This document shows positions 45,257-55,974 of a stretch of DNA of 64,000 bases, piece by piece; position 1 is the first letter of the stretch; the number at the start of each line of letters is the position of its first letter. The stretch is from Candidatus Woesebacteria bacterium GW2011_GWF1_31_35 (GTDB taxonomy: Bacteria; Patescibacteriota; Microgenomatia; UBA8517), in NCBI GenBank assembly GCA_001029755.1, contig CP011214.1:711258-775257 (forward strand), written 5' to 3'. A program made the translations under genes and the position numbers. Below the pieces are notes generated by a model, which saw only the letters and a program-made list of their open reading frames with translations, searched no databases and was not told where the DNA came from.

Positions 45257-47197
45257 TCACAACTTTATTCTTATTTCTTTATCTACATTAAGTAAAAATT
45301 CTTCTTCTAACTTCCCAGATCTTAATATATAAAGTGGAGCATCTGTTCCAGGTTGTTTTTGGATAAACATTTTTAAATCTGTTGATTTCTTGAATGGAAG
45401 TGAGTATTTAAAAGTTACTTTGGATACCCCTTCTGGTCTTAATTTAAAATATCCTGAAAATACTGTTTTTCCTAATTCCTCATATGAATCGTATTTTTTT
45501 TCTAAACCTTCAACAGCAATTAAAGTACTTCCTTTTGGAACATATACTCTTACCCAATTAGGAAGAACTGAATTTAGCCAACCATCATATTTTTCTGGAT
45601 TTTTGTAAGTTATGGTAACTGTCTTTTCAATTGACCCATCTTTTGTAACAATTATTTCTTGATCAACTTCTTGTTTAACATAAAGATTGGATTTTCTTCC
45701 ACCTAAATTAGAATCATTTATATGAAGATAATCTCCTTCATAATTTTCAATTCTTCCTGCGATTCCAAATCCTTCAACTGCGCTTTGAGCTTTTTCATCG
45801 TAAAGATAAAAAAGCACGTGTTTTTCCATAACTGATTTAAAAATAGAATCCATAAGTTTTGGAATTTTATCTTTAGGCTGTCCAAAAGCATTAGCTAAAA
45901 TTGAATTCATCAAAGGACCAATTATCTTTTTCCTGTTATCAGAATTTGCAGGTCTTAAAATAATTTTCCCTGTAATAGGATCCCAAATAATTGGACCTTC
46001 AACATCTGCAAAACTTTCAAGTTCATAAATAACTTGTGGACAATTACATTTAGGTTCTATTTTTGTAGAAAAATTTCCAAATCCTGGTACACCAATTTCA
46101 CCCAATGCATCCAATAAATTAACCAAAAGGCCCGTATCAACTGCAATTATTCCATCAATATTTTTTAAACCTACTTTTTTTGACTCTTGGGTAAAAAGAT
46201 CCATTGAGACTTTAAAATCCGGGTTATAGTTTAAATCACGTAAGCGAATATTTTGAGATAATACATAAGGACCCTTTATTAAGTCTACAATTGCAATAGG
46301 TGCTGGAAGAACTGGTTTATATCTTGCATCTAAATTATAAATATCATCAGAGGAAACTGGCTCAAATTTGGCTTTTGATACTTTCATAACTGAATATGCA
46401 GTTAAAAAACCTCCAGTTGCACGAAGCTCTTTGTCATTTTGAAAAAGTACTAAATAATTTCTATCTGAATCAATTCCTAAAAGGTAGGGCATACTTTCCA
46501 ATAAAGGCTTACTATCTGAAATATATGAAGAAACTTTTTTGAAAAGATCAAGAATTGATCTTAATTTTTCTCTAACTGGAATATTTTTAATTTTTTCTGG
46601 ATATCTATCAGGATTAATGTTTGAAAGTTCTTTTTCAGCCTCTGCAAATTTTTTACTAATTTCATCTGTTTTAGGAATTATTCCGGGAATGGAAGATATT
46701 ACAAAATCAATTCTTTCCTGTGCGGTTTTTTCTCCGTCTTTTTGACCATTATCTTTAAAACCTAATTCTGCCAAATAGGGATCGATTGTATCAAGAGTTA
46801 TTTCTCCTGCATCAAAAACTAATCCTCCAGCATTTAAACCATGGCCTAAATCGGAAACGTATGAACCAAAATATGGAACGATTTTCATCCAACCAATTAA
46901 TTTATATGAATTTCTGACTTCAGAAACAGAAGTTTTAATAGTTAATATATTTGTTTTAATTTTATTTACATCACTAAAACTTGAGGCTACAAGTATTGGT
47001 TGAATTTTTGCATATTCTGCTTTAACTTTTGTAAAAAAAATTAGAAGTGGAACTATAAAAATTGCCAATAAAGCTAAAATTACTGAAGGAATAACAATAA
47101 CAATTGGTTTTATTTTTAACTTTTTTTTAGATTCTAGAACCTCTCCATTTTTTTCTGGATCAATTTTAGGAATTAGTATGGTGGGCTGGGGTTCCAT
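45257..47197 (-). CDS. DUF4012-like membrane-anchored protein
   Basis: A single N-terminal TM helix is followed by a large extracytoplasmic domain. DKELRATGGFLTAYSV resembles the ELRPTGG(F/M) motif that defines DUF4012. It is adjacent to the sugar-phosphotransferase gene. Confidence 0.45.
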   Translation of the reverse strand: MEPQPTILIPKIDPEKNGEVLESKKKLKIKPIVIVIPSVILALLAIFIVPLLIFFTKVKAEYAKIQPILVASSFSDVNKIKTNILTIKTSVSEVRNSYKLIGWMKIVPYFGSYVSDLGHGLNAGGLVFDAGEITLDTIDPYLAELGFKDNGQKDGEKTAQERIDFVISSIPGIIPKTDEISKKFAEAEKELSNINPDRYPEKIKNIPVREKLRSILDLFKKVSSYISDSKPLLESMPYLLGIDSDRNYLVLFQNDKELRATGGFLTAYSVMKVSKAKFEPVSSDDIYNLDARYKPVLPAPIAIVDLIKGPYVLSQNIRLRDLNYNPDFKVSMDLFTQESKKVGLKNIDGIIAVDTGLLVNLLDALGEIGVPGFGNFSTKIEPKCNCPQVIYELESFADVEGPIIWDPITGKIILRPANSDNRKKIIGPLMNSILANAFGQPKDKIPKLMDSIFKSVMEKHVLFYLYDEKAQSAVEGFGIAGRIENYEGDYLHINDSNLGGRKSNLYVKQEVDQEIIVTKDGSIEKTVTITYKNPEKYDGWLNSVLPNWVRVYVPKGSTLIAVEGLEKKYDSYEELGKTVFSGYFKLRPEGVSKVTFKYSLPFKKSTDLKMFIQKQPGTDAPLYILRSGKLEEEFLLNVDKEIRIKL

Positions 47198-47230
47198 ATT
47201 ATTAATTCATTGTATATCAATGGAGAAAAA

Positions 47231-47884
47231 TTATCGAGCACCCCTTCCAGAAATCATAACCCACGGAGTTTTAATAATAATTAAAAAATCAAAAAATAAA
47301 GATTTTTTTCTAGCATAAAACGCATCCATTTCAATTCTTTTATCAAAATTAACATCACTTCTTCCTTCAACCTGCCAATAACCAGTAATTCCAGGTTTTA
47401 CTTTTTGCATCTCTTTTACATATTTCTCAGTGCCAGGATATTTTTCCATCTGCTCATCTAATTCTTCTTTTAGATAGGGTCTAGGGCCAACTATACTCAT
47501 GTCTCCCATTAAAACATTAATGAGTTGTGGCATTTCGTCTATTGAATGTTTTCTAATAAATTTACCTACCTTTGTAACTCTCGGATCCTTTTTTGGTTTG
47601 TAACTACCTCCAGAATGTTTTTGAATATAGGCAATTTTATATTTAGGATGAGTTTTTTCTAAAATGTCTCCATACAGAATCATTGATCTAAATTTATAAA
47701 GTCTAAAGGTCTTTCCATTTTTCCCTAATCTTTTCATATGTGAATTGGTTTTTTCGACAAAAATAGATCCCTCAGAAGTAATTTTGATAGCTATGGCTGT
47801 AGCAATTATTATAGGAGAGAAGACAATAAGAAGTATTATTGAGGCGACTATATCTATTGTTCGTTTTATAATATCAAAAAACAT
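47231..47884 (-). CDS. polyprenyl-phosphate sugar phosphotransferase (bacterial sugar transferase, WbaP/WcaJ C-terminal-domain type)
   Basis: KRTIDIVASIILLIVFSPIIIATAIAIKITSEGSIFVEKTNSHMKRLGKNGKTFRLYKFRSM and DEMPQLINVLMGDMSIVGPRP are the family signatures. Confidence 0.85.
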   Translation of the reverse strand: MFFDIIKRTIDIVASIILLIVFSPIIIATAIAIKITSEGSIFVEKTNSHMKRLGKNGKTFRLYKFRSMILYGDILEKTHPKYKIAYIQKHSGGSYKPKKDPRVTKVGKFIRKHSIDEMPQLINVLMGDMSIVGPRPYLKEELDEQMEKYPGTEKYVKEMQKVKPGITGYWQVEGRSDVNFDKRIEMDAFYARKKSLFFDFLIIIKTPWVMISGRGAR

Positions 47885-47892
47885 AAGGCAAT

Positions 47893-49035
47893 TTAAAGAA
47901 GTTCTTTCCTTCCCTGATCCTTCAAGAGTTCGACAATTTTTTTGACGGATTGTGCATGGCTCTTAGAACATACAAGTAACGCTTCCTTAGTATCAACAAT
48001 TATTAAGTTATCAACATCAATTGCAGCTATTAATCTACCATTTGAGTGAATCAAAGCATCGGTTGTATCAATATTTATTACTTCTCCACCTTTCTCATCA
48101 CCCTTAATTACTACGTTTCCATCAACATCTTTTGGTAAATTCTTCCAAACCTCATTCCAATCTCCAATATCTGTCCAACCATAATCTGCAATTATCATAA
48201 AGAAATTTTTGGACTTTTCAGATATAGCATAATCGATCGAAATCTTTTCAAATTTCTTGTATTCCCTTTCAATAATCCCCTTTTCATCACTTTTACCCAA
48301 GTTTTCTTTTATAACCTCAATTCCTTGATAAAGTGTTTTTGCATAATTTTTAACTTCATCTAAAAATTTGTCTGCTCTCCAGACATAATGATTTGCGTTC
48401 CAAAAATAATCACCAGACTCTGTATATTTTTTAGCTATCTCAAGGGGTGGTTTTTCAACAAACTTATCCAATTTATATACATACCTTCCTTCAGATACTG
48501 CAACTTTTTCTCCTTTTTTTAGATGGCCCATTCCTGTATGCGGATACGTTGGCCTAATACCAATTGAAATTAAACAATTATTCTCAAAAGCATATTTACT
48601 AGCAGCAAACATTGTTTTTTCATAATTTAATTGAGGGCTCACTATATGATCAGAAGCAGCATTAATAATAACAGCCTCGGGATCTTTATTCAGTATATAA
48701 ATAGCTCCTAAAGCATGTGCCGCCGCACTATCTTTTCTTTCTGGCTCAACTAACACATTTTCTGTTGGAACTTTAGGTAGAAGCTTTTTAATCTCGTCAC
48801 CATATGGCTTGGAGGTAGTGACTACAAATATTTTATCCCAAGGTAAAAATTTACTTAATCTTTCACCTGTAATTTCAACTAAAGTTTTATTATCAAATAT
48901 CTTTAAAAATTGTTTTGGAGTCCTTTCAAGAGATTTTGGCCAGAGACGAGTTCCCCCACCCCCTGCTAGTATAAGCGCGTACAAGTGATCTTTGTAGGTT
49001 TTCTTTAAATCTTTCTTTTGAAAAATTTTTAGCAT
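47893..49035 (-). CDS. manC: mannose-1-phosphate guanylyltransferase-like NDP-sugar pyrophosphorylase
   Basis: LILAGGGGTRLWPKSLERTPKQFL is the nucleotidyltransferase G-loop typical of ManC/GMP. The ATG is at 49035, as the track start at 49041 is TTG. The first about 37 codons overlap the end of the upstream GT4 gene. Confidence 0.7.
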   Translation of the reverse strand: MLKIFQKKDLKKTYKDHLYALILAGGGGTRLWPKSLERTPKQFLKIFDNKTLVEITGERLSKFLPWDKIFVVTTSKPYGDEIKKLLPKVPTENVLVEPERKDSAAAHALGAIYILNKDPEAVIINAASDHIVSPQLNYEKTMFAASKYAFENNCLISIGIRPTYPHTGMGHLKKGEKVAVSEGRYVYKLDKFVEKPPLEIAKKYTESGDYFWNANHYVWRADKFLDEVKNYAKTLYQGIEVIKENLGKSDEKGIIEREYKKFEKISIDYAISEKSKNFFMIIADYGWTDIGDWNEVWKNLPKDVDGNVVIKGDEKGGEVINIDTTDALIHSNGRLIAAIDVDNLIIVDTKEALLVCSKSHAQSVKKIVELLKDQGRKELL

Positions 49036-50065
49036 TTTCAACTAGGTACTTATGATTAAAGCTTATTTTACTACATTTTGCAATTGCAGATGTCAAACTT
49101 TTAATATTTTGGTCCTCAAATAAAACCCCAGTCATGCCATCCACTACTGTATCTTTTGCTCCACCCCTATTGTATGCAATAACTGGGACACCAAAACTTT
49201 GAGCCTCAATTGAAGTCATACCAAAATCCTCTTCTTGAGACATAATTAATGCTTTAGCATTTTTATAGTACTCACACAATTCTTTGTCAGAAATATTTCT
49301 AACAAATTTAATATTATTTTTTGCTCTAAGCTTTAAATTATTAAATTCCAAACCATTTCCAACTATAACGAGAGGAAGTTTTAACTTATTAAATGTATCG
49401 ACAACTAAATCGACTTTTTTGTAAGTAACTAATCTACTTACAACAAGGTGATATTTTCCTTCTTTAAAATCTATCTTTTCTTCAAGATTTTTAGATAAAT
49501 TGACAGGTGGAAAAATTATTTGACTTATCTTTCCATAATAATTTTTTATTCTCCTTTGAACTTCAGTAGAAATTGCAATTATTTCATCTGGTTTATTACT
49601 TGCAATTTTGTCCCAATCTTTTAAATAATTAACAACTGGTTTAGAAAAAAATTTCAAGATTGGATTTTTAAAATACAAATTGTAATGACTCCAGAGATAT
49701 CGAGTGGGAGTCAAAAGATAACAAACATGAAGAGTGGCAGGTTTTGTAATAATTCCCTTAGCTGCTTCAGATGTAACTGATATGACTAAATCATATTTAC
49801 TAAAATCAAATGTCTCAAAGGCTAGAGGCATCAAGTAACCTATATATTCATGGTTACTTTTTGCAAAAGGAATATTTTGTAAAAAAGTAGTATAAATTTT
49901 TGGGAAGACTTTTGCCCAAGAAGCACGACTAGGATCATAAACAGCTGTATAAAGTGGAGCTCTTGGAAACATCTCATGAAGTGTTAAAAGTGCTCTTTCT
50001 GCTCCCCCCCATTTATTTACCCTATCATAAACAATTGCAACATTTTTGTTATCTAATAGATTCAT
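48926..50065 (-). CDS. glycosyltransferase family 4 (GT-B)
   Basis: The N-terminus is VAIVYDRVNKWGGAERAL and EDFGMTSIEAQSFGVPVIAYNRGGAKDTV is the E-x7-E-like C-domain motif. Confidence 0.8.
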   Translation of the reverse strand: MNLLDNKNVAIVYDRVNKWGGAERALLTLHEMFPRAPLYTAVYDPSRASWAKVFPKIYTTFLQNIPFAKSNHEYIGYLMPLAFETFDFSKYDLVISVTSEAAKGIITKPATLHVCYLLTPTRYLWSHYNLYFKNPILKFFSKPVVNYLKDWDKIASNKPDEIIAISTEVQRRIKNYYGKISQIIFPPVNLSKNLEEKIDFKEGKYHLVVSRLVTYKKVDLVVDTFNKLKLPLVIVGNGLEFNNLKLRAKNNIKFVRNISDKELCEYYKNAKALIMSQEEDFGMTSIEAQSFGVPVIAYNRGGAKDTVVDGMTGVLFEDQNIKSLTSAIAKCSKISFNHKYLVENAKNFSKERFKENLQRSLVRAYTSRGWGNSSLAKIS

Positions 50066-51134
50066 AAATTTTTATAGTTTCTAAAGTCGTTTTTTCCCAT
50101 GAATATTTTAAAATAAATTTCTGACCATCTTGAATCATTTGTAATCTTTTAAGAGAATTAATTTTTAAAGCTTCATTGATAGCATTAGCTATTGAATCTG
50201 AACTATTAGGGTCAAAATAAATTGCATTATTTTTATAAACTTCTTTGAATACAGGAATATTTGATGCTAAAAGTAATGTTCCTGAAGATAATGCTTCTAA
50301 ACCTTGAAACCCAAATCCTTCAATTAATGATGGATAAATAAATCCAACTGAATCTTGGTATAATTTTACAATTTCTAAGTCATCTAAAAACCCTAAAACT
50401 TTAACATATTTTTCTAATTTCTTTTCTTTAATAATATTAATAAGATTTTTACTAAAACTATTTTTAGAAGTACTTATTTTTAAGGTAACTTTAGAAAGTC
50501 CAATCGCATCAATTAATTTTGTTAAATTTTTATGTGGATAAGCATTTCCCACATAAACAAAATATTTTTTAGTTATACTTTGTAAATTAGGCTTCAAAAT
50601 TTTATAATCTAAACCTAGATAACTAACTTTAATTTTTTCCAAATCTAATTTAAAAAAATCATTAAGTTCATCTTTAACAGTCTCTGATGGAACAATAATC
50701 TTATTAGAATTAATTAAAGCATTTTTAAAAACAAATTTATAAACAAATCTTTTAATTAAATAGTAGATCGGATTAAGAGTAGTTGTTTCCAGGCCTTTAG
50801 ATTTATGCATTATCATGTCATGAATTGTTACTACGTAAGGCTTTGGAGTTAAAAGTGGGGCGTTAAAATGAAGGAAATGAGAAAGGTCTGGTTTTTCTTT
50901 AAATATTATAAATGGAATAGTAATCTGTTCTAAAAAACTATATGGTTTTAAGTCAACCAAAATCTTTTTAAAATTTTTGGGGAAACTTAACTCCTCAAAA
51001 TATTTTTTACGCAGTAAAACTGTATACTCATTGTTTTTATCAATTGAGGATAAATTATTTAACAAATTTATGGTATATCTACCTAAGCCACCATTTTCTA
51101 ATCCATAAAATCGACAGTCTAGGAGTATCTTCAT
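50049..51134 (-). CDS. glycosyltransferase family 4 (GT-B)
   Basis: MKILLDCRFYGLENGGLGRY and PSLIEGFGFQGLEALSSGT are the GT4 motifs. Confidence 0.8.
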   Translation of the reverse strand: MKILLDCRFYGLENGGLGRYTINLLNNLSSIDKNNEYTVLLRKKYFEELSFPKNFKKILVDLKPYSFLEQITIPFIIFKEKPDLSHFLHFNAPLLTPKPYVVTIHDMIMHKSKGLETTTLNPIYYLIKRFVYKFVFKNALINSNKIIVPSETVKDELNDFFKLDLEKIKVSYLGLDYKILKPNLQSITKKYFVYVGNAYPHKNLTKLIDAIGLSKVTLKISTSKNSFSKNLINIIKEKKLEKYVKVLGFLDDLEIVKLYQDSVGFIYPSLIEGFGFQGLEALSSGTLLLASNIPVFKEVYKNNAIYFDPNSSDSIANAINEALKINSLKRLQMIQDGQKFILKYSWEKTTLETIKIYESIR

Positions 51135-51146
51135 CTTTTTTTTAAT

Positions 51147-52022
51147 TTAAGAGGTTAGTCTTACTTTGATAAACCTTACAACTTTAAATAACTTAATTCC
51201 TAAAATAACAAAATAAGAAAATAAAAGTGGATAATTATTCCAGAGATTTTTTCTATAAAACCTTTCCATTGAAGCAACTCCTGCTAGACGAAGTTTCATT
51301 TTTTGTTTTGGATCAACTTTATGATTCCATTTTTTAACCTTACCTTTGGTTACACCTTTTAAATGTGTTATGTAAGTATCTGGATAATAAACAAGTTTAT
51401 ATCCAGCTTTATGTATTTGATAACAAAGATCGATATCTTCTCCATCAAAAAAATACTCTTCATCAAACCATCCAACCTTATCTAAAATTTTCTTCCATGT
51501 CAAAAAGAAAGCTCCTTGAATAGCATCAACTTCATGAGTTGCATTCTCTGGAATAGACTCATAATAATACTCTTTATTCATTTTTAAAATTAAATGACTA
51601 AATGAAATCCACGGAGTAGGAAATCTTCTTCTTATGTCTTTATCAATTTTTCCATTTTGTAAGACTAATTTACAAGTTACTGCACCAACATCAGTGTGTT
51701 CTTCTAAATATCTAACAGTTTTTAAAAATACATCTTTATGAACTACAGTATCAGGGTTTAAGAAAAGTACCATTTCACCATTGACTAAATTTTTAGCTCT
51801 ATTGTTTCCTTTGGAAAAACCACTATTAGGCCCTTCGGTTAATTTTACCCAAGGAAAATTTTTTCTAATCATATCTGGACCACCATCAGTTGAAGCGTTA
51901 TCAGAAACAATAACTTCCATAGATACTTCGTCCATATAAGTTTTTACAGATCTTAAACAATCTGCTAAAAGTTCTTTTGTATTGTAATTAAGAATTATTA
52001 CTGATAGCTTTGGTTTGTTCAT
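51147..52022 (-). CDS. glycosyltransferase family 2
   Basis: LSVIILNYNTKELLADCL is followed by VSDNASTDG, an LNPD DxD-like motif and QGAFFL. Confidence 0.8.
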   Translation of the reverse strand: MNKPKLSVIILNYNTKELLADCLRSVKTYMDEVSMEVIVSDNASTDGGPDMIRKNFPWVKLTEGPNSGFSKGNNRAKNLVNGEMVLFLNPDTVVHKDVFLKTVRYLEEHTDVGAVTCKLVLQNGKIDKDIRRRFPTPWISFSHLILKMNKEYYYESIPENATHEVDAIQGAFFLTWKKILDKVGWFDEEYFFDGEDIDLCYQIHKAGYKLVYYPDTYITHLKGVTKGKVKKWNHKVDPKQKMKLRLAGVASMERFYRKNLWNNYPLLFSYFVILGIKLFKVVRFIKVRLTS

Positions 52023-53199
52023 ATATTTTATCTAAGTATTCCCCCATTTTATACCAACTATATTTTTCTTCAACTAGTCTTCTTGCATTATTGGCAATTA
52101 TTTCTGCTAATTTTATATTTGATAGTATTTCAAGGGTAGCTTTAGCTATGTCCTCGGGCGTATCTCTTACAATAATATTAACGCCATCCCTAGCACCTAA
52201 CCCTTCTGCTCCAACTGAAGTAGTAATAAGTGGAAGTTTAGCCGCCATTGCACCAAAATGTTTAAGTCTAGTTCCGCCTGGACCCCTTAGAGGAGAAACA
52301 AATACTGAAGATTCATAATAAGCTTGTCTTATTCCGTCTTGATCATCTTCTTTTAAATTTCTAACAATAATATTTTTTGAAGCTTTAGAAATTATGTTTT
52401 CAGGAACATATTGGCCAACTATTAAAATCTTAGCTTTTGAATTTTTCTTTAACACAACTGGAAATACTTTCTCTAAAAGAAGTTCCGCAGCCTCAGCATT
52501 TTGTAACCATTTAAAATTCGCAACAAATAATATTTTTTGGTCTTTTTCATCCCAATTAGTTTTTATTTTAAAAAATGAAAGATTTACTCCATTAGGGACT
52601 AAATCAACAGAAAGATTTGAAACTAATTTAAGCATTTCCCCTTTATCAGCTTCTGATACTGCCACCACTCCATCAGCTTTTTTCCAAAAATTTGTTTCCC
52701 AAAACTTTAGTTTGGTTACATCAATTGAAAGAAGCCATTTTAAAAGTGGATTTTTTATACTTTCAACATAATGTTTATAAACTAAGTATTCAATTGTTTG
52801 TTCAACTAATAAAATTGGGATCTTCGTGTTTGGGATATGAGGCATTACATAAAAAGTTTCCGCATGAATTAAGTCATAATGATTTTTCTCTATTTCTTCT
52901 TTTACTGCATATTTTTCTTTTGGTGAAAGATTTCTTATAACCAAAAATGGATAGGGACCAAATCCTGTTAATAAAATGTTTCTTAAAGTCCAGGGAGACT
53001 TGGACCTTTTGAAGACTTTAATTTCTTTACAATATTTTTCTAATTCTTTGGTAAAACGTTTTTCTGAATCATCTTTAATTAAAGAAAAAAGAGTAATCTC
53101 ATGTTTTTTACTTAAATCTTTAATTAAATTGTAAGAACGAATTTGTCCTCCTGAAGAATCAGGAAAAGGTAGGTAGGGAGTAAGCATTAAAATTTTCAT
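51988..53199 (-). CDS. glycosyltransferase family 4 (GT-B)
   Basis: MKILMLTPYLPFPDSSGGQIRSYNL and a PLRGPGGTRLKHFGAMAAKLPLITT C-domain are present. Confidence 0.8.
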   Translation of the reverse strand: MKILMLTPYLPFPDSSGGQIRSYNLIKDLSKKHEITLFSLIKDDSEKRFTKELEKYCKEIKVFKRSKSPWTLRNILLTGFGPYPFLVIRNLSPKEKYAVKEEIEKNHYDLIHAETFYVMPHIPNTKIPILLVEQTIEYLVYKHYVESIKNPLLKWLLSIDVTKLKFWETNFWKKADGVVAVSEADKGEMLKLVSNLSVDLVPNGVNLSFFKIKTNWDEKDQKILFVANFKWLQNAEAAELLLEKVFPVVLKKNSKAKILIVGQYVPENIISKASKNIIVRNLKEDDQDGIRQAYYESSVFVSPLRGPGGTRLKHFGAMAAKLPLITTSVGAEGLGARDGVNIIVRDTPEDIAKATLEILSNIKLAEIIANNARRLVEEKYSWYKMGEYLDKIYEQTKAISNNS

Positions 53200-53206
53200 A
53201 TTTTAA

Positions 53207-54631
53207 TTATTTATTTACTAATTCTTTATGTAAATCAAGAATTATGTATTTACTAGTTTTTTGTAATGTCACAAATCTTTTTTCAAAATCAGTTGTATCT
53301 TTTGAACCCAAATCGATCGAAACATAATAATCTGCTCCTCTTTCTATAATATTATCAATTGAAGCGTCAATTGCTGGCCAGCCTTTTCTGTTCATTTGAT
53401 ATAAAAATGCCGTATCTCCTGTATAGGGAGCAATTATTAAAGCGTCTTCAGGAAGTTTAGTATCAACAATTTTTCCCACCTCAATTAATTCAGGGTGATT
53501 TATTTGATAAAAGGGCTTGATTTTATCCCAACCAATTATCATCATAATAAGTATTGATAAAAATAGAATTATTTTAGACTTTTTCCAAAGCCAAATTGAT
53601 CCCAAAGACAGCATAAGTGAAATTGCAGGTATAGTCATAATCTGATAATAATCATGTCTAACATTAGCTGTAGCTACTACTGTTACATAAAGAAACATTC
53701 CTAAAATAAAATGTAGAGAAAATTTGTTTTTAAATTTAGCAATTATTCCTCCAAAAAATGGAACTAATCCCCAAGTACCTAATATCAATATCCCCAGTCT
53801 CTCTCCAAATATCCATCTAAAAAATGCTGGGTGAAACCTTATTCTATCTCCATTAAAAGCCCACTTAAAAAATGGGATTCCTTCTGGAAAATTTGATATC
53901 CAAAAACGCCATAATAAAAGAGGTAAAAATGTAATTAAAGAAAATATTACTAACTTTTTAAATAATTTTACTTTCCACCAAAAAATTGGGATAAATGGAA
54001 TGAAATAAAAAATAAAGAATGGTTTAATAAGTAAACTTAATGAAAAAAGAATACCAGATAGAATTAAATTTAAATAATCTTCTTTTTTAGAAAAACAAAT
54101 TAAAAAATACATTCCAGAAAGAGCAAATGAAACACCTAATGATTCAGGAAGTACTGTCCGCGTAAAAAATATGTTATAGGGAATGATTAAATAAAAAAAC
54201 GATGCAATCAAACCAATTCTTGATGAATAAATTTTTTTGCCTATTAAAAAGAGGAAGCAAGCTGAGATTAGGGCGAATAATACTGATAATAATCTTCCCC
54301 AGGTTTCTAAATTAAAAAAACCTACAAAAGAGAATGCAGTTGCATGAACTGCATTATAAATCGGGAACTCAACCATTCTCAAGCCTTTTGGATTATCGAT
54401 TCCACTTTGTATACTACTTATGTCGTCATAAGTAGGGTAAAGCATGTTTATACCATTTTTAATAAAATTACGAGATACCGCAGAAGTATCCGATTGTCGC
54501 CAAGAATGCCAGTCAGCAATTGGATTATTGATTTTATAAAGCCTTATAATTAAGCCTAAAAGAACTATTAATGAAAGAATAAAATACTCATTTTTCACGA
54601 GAGTCTTTAAACGTATAAATATATTGTTCAT
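53207..54631 (-). CDS. GT-C fold membrane glycosyltransferase (GT39/GT83 ArnT/PMT-like)
   Basis: About 11 TM helices are present and the first extracytoplasmic loop carries ADWHSWRQSDTSAVSRNF, resembling the loop-1 motif of ArnT/PMT_2 proteins. A soluble C-terminal domain is also present. Confidence 0.5.
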   Translation of the reverse strand: MNNIFIRLKTLVKNEYFILSLIVLLGLIIRLYKINNPIADWHSWRQSDTSAVSRNFIKNGINMLYPTYDDISSIQSGIDNPKGLRMVEFPIYNAVHATAFSFVGFFNLETWGRLLSVLFALISACFLFLIGKKIYSSRIGLIASFFYLIIPYNIFFTRTVLPESLGVSFALSGMYFLICFSKKEDYLNLILSGILFSLSLLIKPFFIFYFIPFIPIFWWKVKLFKKLVIFSLITFLPLLLWRFWISNFPEGIPFFKWAFNGDRIRFHPAFFRWIFGERLGILILGTWGLVPFFGGIIAKFKNKFSLHFILGMFLYVTVVATANVRHDYYQIMTIPAISLMLSLGSIWLWKKSKIILFLSILIMMIIGWDKIKPFYQINHPELIEVGKIVDTKLPEDALIIAPYTGDTAFLYQMNRKGWPAIDASIDNIIERGADYYVSIDLGSKDTTDFEKRFVTLQKTSKYIILDLHKELVNK

Positions 54632-55974
54632 ATTAATTTAATTTTGTTTTTAGTATTACTAAGTCGACCAATCATTAATCCCATCATTAACCAAAAAATT
54701 ATAGCAAATTTAGAAGCTTCAAATATATCAATAAAAAAAGCTGTTAATAAAATACCTATTGTTGAACCTATTAAACTTGTAATTAATATTAAATCAAAAC
54801 CTTCAAAATATCTTTCGAGTGGCCACATATTTTTAATAGATTTAAATATATGAATAAATATTAACCCAAAAGCAAAAAAACCTAATAATCCTACTTCTCC
54901 CAATAATCTTAAATAATCATTATCGGTTGCAAGATTAATTGATGAATATCCAGTTCCAAGAAGTGGGTTTTTTGTAAATGCTCTAACAGCTCTGGGCCAT
55001 TCTACATTAAATCTTATTGAAGTTGATCTATCCTCAAAAACTTGAACTTCCTCTGTGTCCGCGGCTATTACAATTGATTGAACAGTTGATATTTTATTTA
55101 AAGTCACGTCAATAAGTCTTTTAAATCTCACACGAAGGTCAGCAGAAAATCCAAAAATTAATGCACTTATTAGAAAGATAACCAATATTTCCTTATATTT
55201 TTTAAGTAAATAAAGAGTAATTACACTAGCTAAAACAAATGAAACAATTGAAATCCGCGAAACTGCCGATGAAAAAAGCCAAAAACCAAAACCAATTGAT
55301 ATAGCCAATATTATTTTTGTAAATTTATTTTTTAACGTAAAAAAACAGGCTATAAAAATTGGGATCGTTAATACTAGATATGAAGCAAGATCATAATGAC
55401 CAGCAAATGTTGAATTAATATGTGACCCTGGTGTCCAAAGAAGTGCAATTCCTTTTGAGTATTCTTCATTCTGAGTAATAATTACCGGCAGGCTGAAATA
55501 TTTTTGTCCAAAACCATACAAAAATACCAATAAATTAACTAAAAGAAGAATTTTAATTAAATATTCTGAGAAATTTTTGTCCTCATTAGACTTTAAATAT
55601 AAAAATCCAACAAAGAACATTGATAAATACTCAATTCTTCGTAATAAATGTAAGAAACCTATACTAGATACAACAGTTTTAGTTAAATAAAGTCCCGATA
55701 TTAGTGAAATTAAACCTATACCTAAAAATATTAAAATAGATCTTAAAATTTTATTTGAAAGTATATTTTTAAAAAACTCTTTTCTAAAATTTTTAATTAG
55801 TGGAATAGAAAATAAAACCAATGTAATTGCAATTAAAAAATCTTCCAATCGAATTGAAACATATGTTCCAGGAATTCTAAAAAGTGGAAACTTAGGATAC
55901 AGTGGAACTGAAATTAATATTGCAGTTATTAAATATTTATATAAAGAATTAGATATTTTTAAGAATTTTTGCAT
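54628..55974 (-). CDS. O-antigen polymerase/ligase-like (Wzy_C) membrane protein
   Basis: The 448-aa polytopic protein has an SAVSRISIVSF Wzy_C-like segment, and its location within the GT cluster supports a glycan-assembly role. Confidence 0.45.
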   Translation of the reverse strand: MQKFLKISNSLYKYLITAILISVPLYPKFPLFRIPGTYVSIRLEDFLIAITLVLFSIPLIKNFRKEFFKNILSNKILRSILIFLGIGLISLISGLYLTKTVVSSIGFLHLLRRIEYLSMFFVGFLYLKSNEDKNFSEYLIKILLLVNLLVFLYGFGQKYFSLPVIITQNEEYSKGIALLWTPGSHINSTFAGHYDLASYLVLTIPIFIACFFTLKNKFTKIILAISIGFGFWLFSSAVSRISIVSFVLASVITLYLLKKYKEILVIFLISALIFGFSADLRVRFKRLIDVTLNKISTVQSIVIAADTEEVQVFEDRSTSIRFNVEWPRAVRAFTKNPLLGTGYSSINLATDNDYLRLLGEVGLLGFFAFGLIFIHIFKSIKNMWPLERYFEGFDLILITSLIGSTIGILLTAFFIDIFEASKFAIIFWLMMGLMIGRLSNTKNKIKLI

